From an uncultured Bdellovibrionales bacterium (GTDB lineage Bacteria; Patescibacteriota; Minisyncoccia; Moranbacterales; GWC2-37-73): a DNA stretch of 37,474 nucleotides. Location of the stretch: NCBI GenBank assembly GCA_964485555.1, contig CAZAJN010000078.1:1-37474 (forward strand), given 5' to 3'. A program made the translations under genes and the position numbers. This document shows positions 21,645-30,164 of this stretch, piece by piece (position 1 is the first letter of the stretch; each line of letters begins with the position of its first letter). The notes under the pieces were generated by a model. It had not been told where the DNA came from. It worked only from the letters and a program-made list of their open reading frames with translations, and made no database searches.

Positions 21645-22442
21645 CTAGAAGCTATCTGTAAGCTTTTTCCAATCCTCAACAGAAAGTTCCTGCGCGCGAG
21701 TGTTTTTGACAAATCCAATCGATTCTATTTTTTCCAAAATTTCTTTCTTCTCGAGATGCAAACCATTGGAAAGATTATTTTCCAAAGTTTTTCTTTTCGC
21801 TGAGAATCCCGCCCTCACAATCCTGAAGAATTTTTTGGTTTCCTCTTTGTTTTCCTTGCTTCCTGATTCATGATTCATGATTCTGATCACTGCGCTATCC
21901 ACCTTTGGAACTGGATCAAAAGCGCTGCGAGGAACAGTGAAGAGATATTTAGCATCTGAATAATATTGCACGCTAACCGCCAAAATGCTCATCGCTCCTG
22001 CCTTGGCTGTGATTCTTTCAGCCACCTCTTTTTGCACCATCAAAATAATTTCAGATGGCGGGAATTTTGTCTCCAAAAGAAGTCTGATGATCGGCGCAGT
22101 GATGTAGTAAGGAATGTTTGCAATCACCTTATATCCTTGTTGCAAATTATTCGATTCAATTAAAGCTGGAAGATTTATTTTCAAAATATCGTCATGAACT
22201 ATTTCTACGTGTTCATCGTATTGAAAATTCTCTTGTAGCACTGGAATCAAGCGGTCATCCAATTCAATTGCAATGACTTTTTTGCATCTCTCTGCTAAAA
22301 GCTCGGTGAGTGCGCCTTGCCCAGGTCCGATTTCAATCACGGTGTCCTCAGATGAGATGTTTCCGCTTTCAACAATGCGAGCAAGAACCTGCTCATCTTT
22401 CAAAAAATTCTGCCCCAGACTTTTTTTAGCTCTTATATTCAT
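21645..22442 (-). CDS. rsmA: 16S rRNA (adenine1518/1519-N6)-dimethyltransferase
   Basis: 265 aa. It has KSLGQNFL and the SAM motif VIEIGPGQGALT, with typical KsgA length and layout. Confidence 0.93.
   Translation of the reverse strand: MNIRAKKSLGQNFLKDEQVLARIVESGNISSEDTVIEIGPGQGALTELLAERCKKVIAIELDDRLIPVLQENFQYDEHVEIVHDDILKINLPALIESNNLQQGYKVIANIPYYITAPIIRLLLETKFPPSEIILMVQKEVAERITAKAGAMSILAVSVQYYSDAKYLFTVPRSAFDPVPKVDSAVIRIMNHESGSKENKEETKKFFRIVRAGFSAKRKTLENNLSNGLHLEKKEILEKIESIGFVKNTRAQELSVEDWKKLTDSF
21862..21887. repeat. W1 word repeat embedded in-frame inside rsmA
   Basis: CCTGATTCATGATTCATGATTCTGAT encodes ...IRIMNHESGS... on the minus strand. The same words form intergenic spacers elsewhere. 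Confidence 0.7.
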
Positions 22443-22480
22443 AAATAAATAATCTTAAATTATAGCTTGATTTTGCATTT

Positions 22481-22514
22481 CCTAAGAAGCTAATAAGCTA
22501 ATGCCTAAAAAGCT
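22481..22514. repeat. Exact 34-nt repeat, copy B (W2 family)
   Basis: Identical to 4540-4573. It overlaps the stop codon of the G5-RlpA gene by 2 nt. Confidence 0.9.
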
Positions 22515-23466
22515 AATTCGTGATCACTTCCATCTTCACATCGATCACGCCCGCCCCCACTGAAGCAATTTGAGCGAAGGCAACTTTGTCCAAATCGATT
22601 ATTCTGCCGGGACCGAAAGGACCACGATCATTGATCTTCACAATAACTTGCTTGCCATTTGCCTTATTAGTCACCCTAACATAACTTCCCATAGGAAGCC
22701 AGGGATTAGCTGCGGCCAGAGTGCCTGTCCAAGCATACCAGCTTGCTGCTCCGGTGTGAACCTTCCCTACTTTCACCATTGTGCCCTGTGTCACCACTTC
22801 ATTAACAGGTTCTTTCACAATATTGCTTTCTAAAATTTTGCGAGAAATCTCTTTCCCGTCGTTATACACAACTTTGTATTTAATTTCTTTTTGCCCTTTC
22901 TCACCTTTCTTGGTAACTTTTTTTACTCTCCATCCCAAAGAATCATCCTCATTTGAAATCGTCTTGAAATCAATGTCTAAATTCTTGGTTTCTTCCTTGA
23001 TCAAAACGTGCGTGATGACAATTGTTTCGCCACCCTTGATGTTGCTGTTTCTCACAGGCTTGGAAATATCATCCTCATCAAATTTGATATCTCTATTTTC
23101 CCAGATCGCCTCCTCGACTGTATTTCGAAAAGTGTAAATTGTTTTCACATCTCCACCCTCTTTGATTGAAAGTTTTTTTGCTCGCAATATGATGATATTT
23201 GTGCCTGAAAAAATCTTTTCATTTTTTTCAGGAAGCACGACATCCTTTTCAAAAATCTCAATCTTGTGCTCCTTGATAAAATCGCTCACTGTTTGCGAAT
23301 TGGTGGTAGTTTCATAGACAACACCATTGTCATTAAGTTGGATGTTTTTTTGCGCGCCACCGAAATCCAATTCTTTAGCATCCACAAACAAAACATGGGA
23401 TCCAAAAAAAATTCCGCTTATAATCAGAATTTTATACAAAGTTTTTTTAATTTTATTAATCATCAT
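22513..23466 (-). CDS. YabE/RpfB-like wall protein: DUF348 repeats + G5 domain + RlpA-like double-psi beta-barrel
   Basis: N-terminal anchor INKIKKTLYKILIISGIFFGSHVLFV. G5-like region KKGEKGQKEIKYKVVYNDGKEISRKILESNIVKEPVNEVVTQGT. C-terminal GAASWYAWTG...VRVTNKANGKQVIVKINDRGPFGPGRIIDLDKVAF. The start is uncertain (ATGs at 23463, 23466 and 23478). The ORF-track extension to 23577 covers GC-rich island B. Confidence 0.85.
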   Translation of the reverse strand: MMINKIKKTLYKILIISGIFFGSHVLFVDAKELDFGGAQKNIQLNDNGVVYETTTNSQTVSDFIKEHKIEIFEKDVVLPEKNEKIFSGTNIIILRAKKLSIKEGGDVKTIYTFRNTVEEAIWENRDIKFDEDDISKPVRNSNIKGGETIVITHVLIKEETKNLDIDFKTISNEDDSLGWRVKKVTKKGEKGQKEIKYKVVYNDGKEISRKILESNIVKEPVNEVVTQGTMVKVGKVHTGAASWYAWTGTLAAANPWLPMGSYVRVTNKANGKQVIVKINDRGPFGPGRIIDLDKVAFAQIASVGAGVIDVKMEVITN

Positions 23467-23565
23467 ATCTTCCACCATGAATAATCCTATAAATAAATGA
23501 ATAATAAAATTTTCAAAAATTACTGTTTGAAAAACTTTTTGCTTTCTTAAATTTTTTGTACCTTG

Positions 23566-23610
23566 CCCGCCTCGCATCGACGAGCAAATCGTCTTGCGAG
23601 TCGAGGCGGG
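23566..23610. repeat. GC-rich hairpin island B
   Basis: CCCGCCTCG-CATCGACGAGCAAATCGTCTTGCGAGT-CGAGGCGGG has a perfect 9-bp outer stem. No T-run follows on either strand. Confidence 0.6.
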
Positions 23611-23695
23611 TAGTGACCTACGAAAAATTTAAGCTAAAGCTAAAATGTTTTGAGTCTAATTTTTAAAAATTTTATTATTCATTTTTTTAAATCTT

Positions 23696-25222
23696 TCACT
23701 CAGACTTAAATCTGTATTGAACAGCTTCAGCAATATGATTGGCTTCAATTTTCTCACTTTCTGCCAAATCGGCAATAGTGCGAGCAATTTTTATGATGCG
23801 ATGATATCCTCTGGCGCTCAATTTGAGAGCTGTGACGGCACTTTTCAAAAGTTCTTTTGACTGATCATCAAGCTGACAAAAAGTCTTGAGCTGATCAGAA
23901 GACATCTCACTATTCGAAACAATTGGCAAATCTAAAAATCTTTTTTCTTGCAGTTTTCTGGCAGCTTCCACTCTTTCCCTGATTTTCACGCTTGATTCTT
24001 CAACAGGTCCTTCTTGCAATTTGTCAAAACTGAGCCTGGGAACTTCAATGTGCAAATCGATCCTGTCCATGATTGGTCCGGAAATTTTCTGCTGATATCT
24101 GACGATCTGTGAAGGCGTGCAAGTGCAGACTTTTTCAGGATCAGTCGCCATTCCGCAAAAACATGGATTCATCGCGGCCACCAAAATGAATCTGGCCGGA
24201 AAATGAAGCGATCCTTTGGCTCTCGAGATTGTAATCATACCATCCTCCAAAGGCTGGCGCAAATTCTCCAGCACGCTTTTCGGAAATTCAGCAAACTCAT
24301 CCAAAAACAAAACGCCCCGGTGTGCCAGGCTTATTTCACCTGGCTTAGGATAGGATCCACCACCTATCAAGGACACACTGCTGGCACTATGATGTGGAGC
24401 TCGATATGGTCTTATCGTCACCAATGATTGCCCCTTGCACAATTTTCCAGCTACAGAAAAAATCTTAGTGATTTCCAAAGCCTCCGTCAAAGTTAGTCGT
24501 GGCAAGATTGTTGGCATGGCTTTGGCCAATAATGTTTTTCCTGATCCGGGAGGACCATTCAAAATCACATTATGACCACCAGCTGCCGCAATTTCCAATG
24601 CGCGCTTTGCATGCTGTTGTCCACTGATGTGAGCCATGTCATTGACATGTTCGCCATGAGTGAAAAGATCGTCGCTTTCTATTTGAGGGAAATAACTAAT
24701 ATGCCTATTTCCCGCAAAATGGTCAGCCAGATCATAGAGCGTGCTTACCGGAACAATATTTATGCCTTTCACCACACTTGCCTCTGATGCGTTTTCAGCT
24801 GGAACATACAACTCCTGAAAGCCTTTTTCTTTGGCCAGCAGTGCGATCGGCAAAATTCCTTGGATTGATCTCACCCGTCCATCCAGCGACAATTCTCCAA
24901 CCACCATACGTGAAGTAAAATCGAATTGGAGTTGTTTTGTTGCCAGCAAAAGACCGACTGCGATCGGCAAATCATAGATAGGACTAGCTTTTGGCAAATC
25001 GGCCGGAGCAAGATTGACCGTCACTCGACCACACTGATGTGGCGGTTTGAAACCACTGTTTTTGATGGCACTACTGACACGGTCGCGAGATTCCTTGATG
25101 GCAGTATCAGGAAGTCCAACAATGGTGAAATTGTGAAGTCCCGCACCAAGCACATCAACCTCAACCTCCACAACTTCTCCATCAAGTCCAATAGTGGCCG
25201 CTGAATAAATTTTTGAAGACAT
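23696..25222 (-). CDS. comM: Mg-chelatase-like AAA+ protein, YifB/ComM family
   Basis: An N-terminal Lon-protease-like domain, Walker A GPPGSGKTLLAK, Walker B GVLFLDEFAEF and a C-terminal Mg-chelatase subunit-like region. The start is set at MSSKIYSA (ATG 25222). Confidence 0.92.
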   Translation of the reverse strand: MSSKIYSAATIGLDGEVVEVEVDVLGAGLHNFTIVGLPDTAIKESRDRVSSAIKNSGFKPPHQCGRVTVNLAPADLPKASPIYDLPIAVGLLLATKQLQFDFTSRMVVGELSLDGRVRSIQGILPIALLAKEKGFQELYVPAENASEASVVKGINIVPVSTLYDLADHFAGNRHISYFPQIESDDLFTHGEHVNDMAHISGQQHAKRALEIAAAGGHNVILNGPPGSGKTLLAKAMPTILPRLTLTEALEITKIFSVAGKLCKGQSLVTIRPYRAPHHSASSVSLIGGGSYPKPGEISLAHRGVLFLDEFAEFPKSVLENLRQPLEDGMITISRAKGSLHFPARFILVAAMNPCFCGMATDPEKVCTCTPSQIVRYQQKISGPIMDRIDLHIEVPRLSFDKLQEGPVEESSVKIRERVEAARKLQEKRFLDLPIVSNSEMSSDQLKTFCQLDDQSKELLKSAVTALKLSARGYHRIIKIARTIADLAESEKIEANHIAEAVQYRFKSE

Positions 25223-25375
25223 ATATAAATAATTTTCAATTTTCAATTCACAATTTTCAAACAATGAATAAATTTTTCAATGTTCTTAAAATTTAGAATT
25301 TCATCATTTGAAATTGCTTAGGATTTAGAAATTGTCCCCAGGATAGATTGGAGTGGGAAGTTTAAAATTTTATGC

Positions 25376-26032
25376 CTATTCTTGTTCATGTTTTCTTTCT
25401 GAAAGTGTAGTAAAATAAACAACCAAGGCAGTCGCTGTCGCCTCTGGAATGAAATTGATTCCTGGCATAAATCCTGCCAATGTTCCAGCTAGGATTATAC
25501 CGCCTTTTTTAACGAGACCATTGGCAACCTTTTTTTTGCCGCCTCCTCCAACTAGCAGCATCATCATAAAAATGAAAATTGAGCACATGATCGTGATCAC
25601 CGTTCCGACTCCAGGCAAAGAGCCTATAAAAACCAAGTCTGAAAGATCTTTGAGCATGGAAGCTCCAATCGCTGCGACAAAAGGCATGTCACCAATCGGA
25701 TTTATTTGCTTAAGAAGTGACATCGCGCCCATTGGTGTTGCCATCTTAGCGGCATCAGTTGCCAAATTCTCAGTTTTTTTAGCTTCACTGTTTCCCGATC
25801 CTGCTCTTGCCTTACCAAGTCTCTCCGCATGCTTATCATCTTCGCCATCTTCAACAAGACGAGGATTATTCCTTAACTCGTCTTCACTTTCATCGTGAAC
25901 TCTATGTATTCCCTGATTATAATTATCAGCTAGCCCGTTTCTGGGCACATTGAAATTTTCGACTCGTGAAGACCCAAGTCTGGCATTGTTTAGCTCATTC
26001 TGTTTTTCGTAATCAATCGCAGCATTCGACAT
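25376..26032 (-). CDS. Hypothetical membrane protein (disordered acidic N-half, 2-3 TM helices in the C-half)
   Basis: 218 aa. TM candidates are GTVITIMCSIFIFMMMLLVGG, GGIILAGTLAGFMPGINFI and ATATALVVYFTTL. It lies directly downstream of the VirB4-like gene. Confidence 0.7.
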   Translation of the reverse strand: MSNAAIDYEKQNELNNARLGSSRVENFNVPRNGLADNYNQGIHRVHDESEDELRNNPRLVEDGEDDKHAERLGKARAGSGNSEAKKTENLATDAAKMATPMGAMSLLKQINPIGDMPFVAAIGASMLKDLSDLVFIGSLPGVGTVITIMCSIFIFMMMLLVGGGGKKKVANGLVKKGGIILAGTLAGFMPGINFIPEATATALVVYFTTLSERKHEQE

Positions 26033-26077
26033 AACAATGCATTTGGAATTTGTAATTTATCATTTGAAATTTCCAGC

Positions 26078-27907
26078 CTACATTCCTTCTTCCTCATCAA
26101 AATCCTTCTTGGCTTGTTCAATTTCCATCAGCTGACGAGGATCGGATGTGATAATCTGGTCTTCAGCGTAAGACGCAATAACTTTGATTGCCACATGCTT
26201 TGCACCTGCAAACAAAACGCCTTCTCCAACATTACTTTCTAAAAGAAGGAATTTTTCTTGCTCTGTCAAATAGAAAGTGTCTGAAATCGTATCGATGGCT
26301 GCCGGCGATTGGCGCAAGAGCAATTGAAGTGAAGAGTTGGTCACAATAGGTTTTCCATAGCGGGAACTCATGAAGTCTGCGATGTCCTGAGTAATTGTTG
26401 TCAGCCCAGTGTAATATTTTCGGCAACGCTTGGCGATTCCAAACAGAAATGATGCTGCATCCTCATTCTGCATCATGACCCAAGCTTCATCCACCACAAC
26501 TATTCTCTTTTTCAGTGTTGAACGCATCTCATTCCAAATGAACTGCAAAATAGTATACATCGCAATTGGGCGAAGTTGTTCTTCAAGATCGCGGATGTTG
26601 AAAACCACCAATTGATTGTTGATCTGCACGTTGGTTGGATGATTCAAAACGCCGGCAAAAATTCCCTCCGTATATTTCTCAAGGCGACGTGCAATGGATT
26701 CTCCACCTTCTGAATTCCTGACAACCGAATAAAGATCTGACATGGTTGGGAAAGAATTGGAGTTGAAGGATTTGAAATTGCTTTGCGCGGTGATGTCGCG
26801 CATGGCATATGTCTCGCGGATTGCCAGATCCAAAATGGAATCTTCTTCCGGCGTCACTGCTCCAAGCATGATATGCAAAAGACCGATAAGACTCGCAATA
26901 TTTGACCTGAGAACATCTTCAGGGTCCTCATCCTCACTCACCTGCGGAAGATCGAAAGGATTGAGATGGAAATTTGAGTTGAGAGAGAGCTTAATGAAAG
27001 TTCCGCCTACCGTTTCACAAAGATATTTGTATTCATTTTCAGGATCAATCACTATCACATTAGTTCCCACCATCAACGAGCGGAATATTTCCAACTTCAC
27101 AGTATAACTTTTTCCACCTCCAGATTTTGAGAACACGACCATGTTTGCGTTCTCCATCTTGAAGCGATCGAACAAGATCAAACTGTTATTATGCCTGTTT
27201 ATGCCATACAGAATTCCTTCATTGGATGAAAGATCAGCTGAAACGAATGGGAAAGTTGTTGAAAGAGGCGCGGTGTTGAGGTTGTTCGCCACATCAAGTT
27301 CATCATTAGCCAATGGCAAAGTCGAAGAAAAACCTTGTTCCGTTTTCAAAACTGCTGGTTTTATGTACACCAGTTGAGCTTCAAGAATCGATTCTATTTC
27401 CTGATTGGCCTTATCAAGCTCCTCCATTGTTTTCCCATAAATCGTCATATACAAACCGAAGCGAAAAAACTTTTCCGTTCCTTGTTGCAATTTGTCTCGC
27501 AAATCTTCAATGTCCTGCAAAGCTGTTTCCAAGATCGGATCGCGGATTTTTCCAGACTGTTCCTCCATGTGAATCTGGGATTGAACCTGGGTAGAACTTT
27601 TCCTGAGCGTTTTCAGAATTTCAGCCGTATTGATCGGATGAATGAACATCGAGGTGTCCATTGAAAAATCGATGTTGATAATGGGAGAAAACCAATTAGT
27701 GTGCAAATAGCGAGGATATGCCACGACGAAAAGTGTCCGCGCATACGTTTCACCAACCTGCAAATAATTTGAACTTATCTTCATGGCGGCTGGCGCGATC
27801 AAATCTTTGATGGTTGCCACACCTTGCTGATAAAGCGCCTCACTTTGAAGTATTGCGTTTGTTGACACAGCCGGTTTTTGATTTTTATTTTTATCCAATC
27901 CAAACAT
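26078..27907 (-). CDS. virB4: VirB4/TrsE/PrgJ-like T4SS ATPase
   Basis: 609 aa. Walker A VVFSKSGGGKSYTVK (around aa 262) and Walker B KRIVVVDEAWVMM, then the downstream motif GLTTITQDIADF. The N-terminal region (GETYARTLFVVAYPRYLHTNWFSPII) is like Gram-positive VirB4 proteins. Confidence 0.85.
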   Translation of the reverse strand: MFGLDKNKNQKPAVSTNAILQSEALYQQGVATIKDLIAPAAMKISSNYLQVGETYARTLFVVAYPRYLHTNWFSPIINIDFSMDTSMFIHPINTAEILKTLRKSSTQVQSQIHMEEQSGKIRDPILETALQDIEDLRDKLQQGTEKFFRFGLYMTIYGKTMEELDKANQEIESILEAQLVYIKPAVLKTEQGFSSTLPLANDELDVANNLNTAPLSTTFPFVSADLSSNEGILYGINRHNNSLILFDRFKMENANMVVFSKSGGGKSYTVKLEIFRSLMVGTNVIVIDPENEYKYLCETVGGTFIKLSLNSNFHLNPFDLPQVSEDEDPEDVLRSNIASLIGLLHIMLGAVTPEEDSILDLAIRETYAMRDITAQSNFKSFNSNSFPTMSDLYSVVRNSEGGESIARRLEKYTEGIFAGVLNHPTNVQINNQLVVFNIRDLEEQLRPIAMYTILQFIWNEMRSTLKKRIVVVDEAWVMMQNEDAASFLFGIAKRCRKYYTGLTTITQDIADFMSSRYGKPIVTNSSLQLLLRQSPAAIDTISDTFYLTEQEKFLLLESNVGEGVLFAGAKHVAIKVIASYAEDQIITSDPRQLMEIEQAKKDFDEEEGM

Positions 27908-27937
27908 ATGTGTATTTTTAATTTATACTGCTCGTGA

Positions 27938-28627
27938 TTATCTCAACTCAATCTTGTCTATGTCTTTGATGATACTGTTGTTGTGCGTTGAAGGATTGTA
28001 TGAATTATAAAGCAGTTCTATCAATTCTTCTGTCTTGAGCGGTGTGACTTTCACACCTGTTCCTGAAAGACCTGCACTGATATGATCGACTCTTTGCCAA
28101 AGCTGATTTTTGTAAGTATCAAACAACTCTCTGCGCCTTGAAATTGCCATCTGTGAATTTGTCGATCCGAAAAGGCGGTCAATAATTCCACTCTTAGTGC
28201 TTTCGATCGGATAAAAAGGCACAACCACATAGAAAAATTTGGACATGATGTTTGAAACATCGGCCAAATTTTTGATGAAATTGGAATACTCTGCCAATTG
28301 CATGCTCAAAAGTTCATTGGTGAGTTGCGTTTCTTTTTTCTTAAGATAATCGATATATGGATTTATGTTCAATTTGCGGGAACTAACAACTATTTGCATC
28401 GGAAAATCCAGGGAGTTTAGAAAATTCTGATACTGGCTAATGATGGAATCTTGTTCTTCAGTCGCTTTGAGATCAAAGTTTATCGAAGAAACCAAAAGCA
28501 CCGCTCTGAGCGATCCGTTCTTGAGCACGATGACGCCGTCGCGCACTTCTTCCACGTCGACATATTTCTGACTGCTAGAGCCTCCTCCACCGCCATTGGT
28601 CAAATTATTTGAATGCAATGATTCCAT
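27938..28627 (-). CDS. Hypothetical soluble protein with VirB4 N-terminal-domain-like pattern
   Basis: About 230 aa: VDVEEVRDGVIVLKNGSLRAVLLVSSINFDLKATEEQDSIISQYQNFLNSLDFPMQIVVSSRKLNINPYIDYL. The start is uncertain (28627 or 28663, the latter inside W4 words). Confidence 0.65.
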   Translation of the reverse strand: MESLHSNNLTNGGGGGSSSQKYVDVEEVRDGVIVLKNGSLRAVLLVSSINFDLKATEEQDSIISQYQNFLNSLDFPMQIVVSSRKLNINPYIDYLKKKETQLTNELLSMQLAEYSNFIKNLADVSNIMSKFFYVVVPFYPIESTKSGIIDRLFGSTNSQMAISRRRELFDTYKNQLWQRVDHISAGLSGTGVKVTPLKTEELIELLYNSYNPSTHNNSIIKDIDKIELR

Positions 28628-28644
28628 AAAATTGCTCGTTAAGA

Positions 28645-28742
28645 CATATAAACATTCAAGCATTCAAACATGCGAATTTCTGTTTGGGTGTTTGGATGTT
28701 TAAGTGTGTAGACTGATTGAATGTTTAGATGTTTTGATGTCT
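28645..28742. repeat. Word-repeat spacer, family W4, inverted arms
   Basis: Sequence CATATAAACATTCAAGCATTCAAACATGCG...GTTTGGATGTTTAAGTG...TTGAATGTTTAGATGTTTTGATG. Confidence 0.7.
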
Positions 28743-28757
28743 AATTGATTGCTTACA

Positions 28758-29210
28758 CTACGCCTTTTTGATCGGTTGATTTTTCATAATGTCATCAAGA
28801 TCATGGCTATAATTGTTTCCTTCACTATCCAAAAGTTGCGCGAGATTTCTTAGTGAATCCTCAGTAAGGTGTTTGTCCGGAGAAAATTTTTGTTCAACTT
28901 TTGCTTTTTGCGGAACATTGATCACATTTTGCGGTGTTCTTTTCCAGATGTAAACTTTGGGCTTGAAAAAGTACATGATTCCAAAAATTACAAAGCTTCC
29001 CATTGGTTGACCATACGGCTTGAAAAAAGCCAGAGATCCGAAAATGATAGCTAGCGGAAAACCTATGACCAAAAAACCCGCGAACGGAACAACATTCCAA
29101 AGAATGAGCAACATCACTCCGAGCGCGATAAGCCAACCCAACTGCTTGATAGTCAGCGGTCCGGCCACTTTATCTTCTACGTCTATATATTGTGGAACGT
29201 TTATTAACAT
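28758..29210 (-). CDS. PrgI/VirB3-like small T4SS membrane protein
   Basis: 150 aa. The N-terminus VPQYIDVEDKVAGPLTIKQLGWLIALGVMLLILWNVVPF is followed by a second TM helix. It sits just upstream of the VirB4 genes, as prgI does relative to prgJ. Confidence 0.7.
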   Translation of the reverse strand: MLINVPQYIDVEDKVAGPLTIKQLGWLIALGVMLLILWNVVPFAGFLVIGFPLAIIFGSLAFFKPYGQPMGSFVIFGIMYFFKPKVYIWKRTPQNVINVPQKAKVEQKFSPDKHLTEDSLRNLAQLLDSEGNNYSHDLDDIMKNQPIKKA

Positions 29211-29237
29211 TTTTATTTTTATTTTCTTTAACTTACA

Positions 29238-30143
29238 TTAGCCAACTATGAAAAACTTTGCGACCTGAGTCACCAAAACCATCGATGCCATAGCTATTAC
29301 AACTCCCAGCAAGGAATATTTGAAAATATTTTTTCCAGTATCAATCCTGTCCTCATCCCCTGCAGATGTGAGATACATGGATGCGCCAATGACCATCATG
29401 ACAAGTGAAAGAATTCCCAAGATTCCAAGCAAGAAATTCAAAACCCGGGTGGCAATCTGAGAAAGACTAAGCGCTGCAGCCAAACGCGTGTCAGTTGTTC
29501 CCCAACCCAATATGGTTGATATTTCTTTCAGAAAAGATGGGGCTGCCAATCCGATGGCCAATCCGACAAGCGCAGCTGTGATCATGTTCTTGGCTGTTTC
29601 GATCTGTTTTCCACCTCCTGAGATGACATACATCACCGCACCGATGACGATCATCAAAAGCGAAAGAGTGACGATAATTCCTTGCAATGCTCCCATGATT
29701 TGACTCAAGAATTGATCAACTGTTTGAAATTTGAGTGGATTGGTAAATGCTGTCCCTCCACCAGAAGCCGGCTGAACTGTTCCCGGATTGGCAGTGGCTG
29801 GACTTGGTATTGGACCAGAATTGGAATCCACACAAGTGCCAGCTGCATTACATACCCCATAATTTCCCGCTGCAGAGCAAGGTTGCATGATTGATGAACC
29901 ATCCGCATTGCAAGTAACTGAGGAAATGGCACAGCATTGAACACTATTACCAGTGCCAGGACAAAGATTTGCCACGCACCCCGATTCACCGGAAACTTTG
30001 TTTTTATCAACGCAAGCTGAACCAGGATTTTTGGCTGAGCAAGTATCAGCTAGAACTTTCTGAACACCAAAAGTTAAAAAAAATCCAGATATCAAGAGGA
30101 ACAAAAACATACTCAACCGTAATTTCATTATTGTCTTAGTCAT
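29238..30143 (-). CDS. Secreted Cys-rich protein carrying two tandem VirB2/TrbC-like pilin modules (P5)
   Basis: 301 aa. Signal peptide MKLRLSMFLFLLISGFFLTFGVQKVLA|D, then a Cys-rich segment of about 75 aa. Module 1 is IIVTLSLLMIVIGAVMYVISGGGKQIETAKNMITAALVGLAIGLAAPSF. Module 2 is LLGILGILSLVMMVIGASMYLTSAGDEDRIDTGKNIFKYSLLGVVIAMASMVLV. Confidence 0.8.
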   Translation of the reverse strand: MTKTIMKLRLSMFLFLLISGFFLTFGVQKVLADTCSAKNPGSACVDKNKVSGESGCVANLCPGTGNSVQCCAISSVTCNADGSSIMQPCSAAGNYGVCNAAGTCVDSNSGPIPSPATANPGTVQPASGGGTAFTNPLKFQTVDQFLSQIMGALQGIIVTLSLLMIVIGAVMYVISGGGKQIETAKNMITAALVGLAIGLAAPSFLKEISTILGWGTTDTRLAAALSLSQIATRVLNFLLGILGILSLVMMVIGASMYLTSAGDEDRIDTGKNIFKYSLLGVVIAMASMVLVTQVAKFFIVG

Positions 30144-30164
30144 ATTTTTTATTATATTTAATTT

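Noticed and set aside
27908-27940. VirB4 as a pseudogene split by a single nonsense mutation, or a read-through/frameshift fusion of the 230-aa and 609-aa ORFs.
   Set aside because: The ORFs share a frame, but the 30-nt gap contains a second in-frame TAA. Both ORFs are otherwise intact and have their own ATG, so two separate genes is the simpler reading.
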